Source: Selaginella moellendorffii (lineage: Eukaryota > Plantae > Lycopodiophyta). Taken from it: 64,000 nucleotides of DNA. This document shows positions 63,883 to 64,000 of the stretch, one piece after another. The stretch covers positions 243,402 to 307,401 of the forward strand of contig NW_003314294.1 of NCBI RefSeq assembly GCF_000143415.4. The letters run 5' to 3'. Numbering within the stretch: the stretch's first letter is position 1; the number at the start of each line of letters is the position of its first letter. The position numbers and the translations under genes are program-made. The notes beneath the pieces were generated by a model, which was given only the letters and a program-made list of their open reading frames with translations, ran no database searches and was not told the origin of the DNA.

Positions 63883-64000
63883 TGTAAGCTCCTAAATTTG
63901 GACCCAAGGACGCTTAACCCCAAATATCCCAAGACCTTTAACCGATTGGAAAAGGGGGTGCACTCTTGTTCATGGGCCCTTTCCGTCTATATTTGAACCC
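63883..64000 (-). mobile_element. Inverted Cassandra-like LTR lacking most of the 5S IE/C-box segment; truncated by the window end
   Basis: Reverse complement of the 63136 LTR, with a deletion between ccttgg and gtccaaa. Confidence 0.8.

Overview
Land-plant nuclear DNA. Very short introns (54-93 bp in the papain genes), tight gene spacing and many PLS-type PPR remnants suggest the lycophyte Selaginella; this is inference, not verified. (1) 1-29.5 kb is repeat-rich. It holds a ~4.8-kb near-identical direct duplication carrying two papain-like cysteine protease genes, an F-box pseudogene, PPR debris and nested LTR retroelements. These include an intact 675-bp TRIM and a chimeric insertion made of a foreign LTR joined at the PBS to a 5S-rRNA-bearing Cassandra-like TRIM. 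(2) 30-43 kb is a compact gene core: plastid ribosomal protein L1, a hypothetical gene, a PHD/Zn-finger gene, a plant-specific '...LPxEWTY' gene, an intronless PILS auxin carrier and an acetylornithine deacetylase (NAOD). The NAOD frame opens at an ATG overlapping the PILS stop (ATGA). (3) 43-64 kb is a mosaic of scrambled NAOD pseudogene pieces, two F-box genes, LINE remnants, a foldback MITE, an inverted third papain copy, a Pro-rich membrane AGP-like gene, a disabled secreted aspartic protease and a cluster of Cassandra-like LTRs around an assembly gap. The most notable observations are the heterologous-LTR Cassandra chimera with a shared degenerate TSD and the PILS-NAOD stop/start overlap. 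All alignments were done by eye, so boundaries of degenerate elements are approximate.
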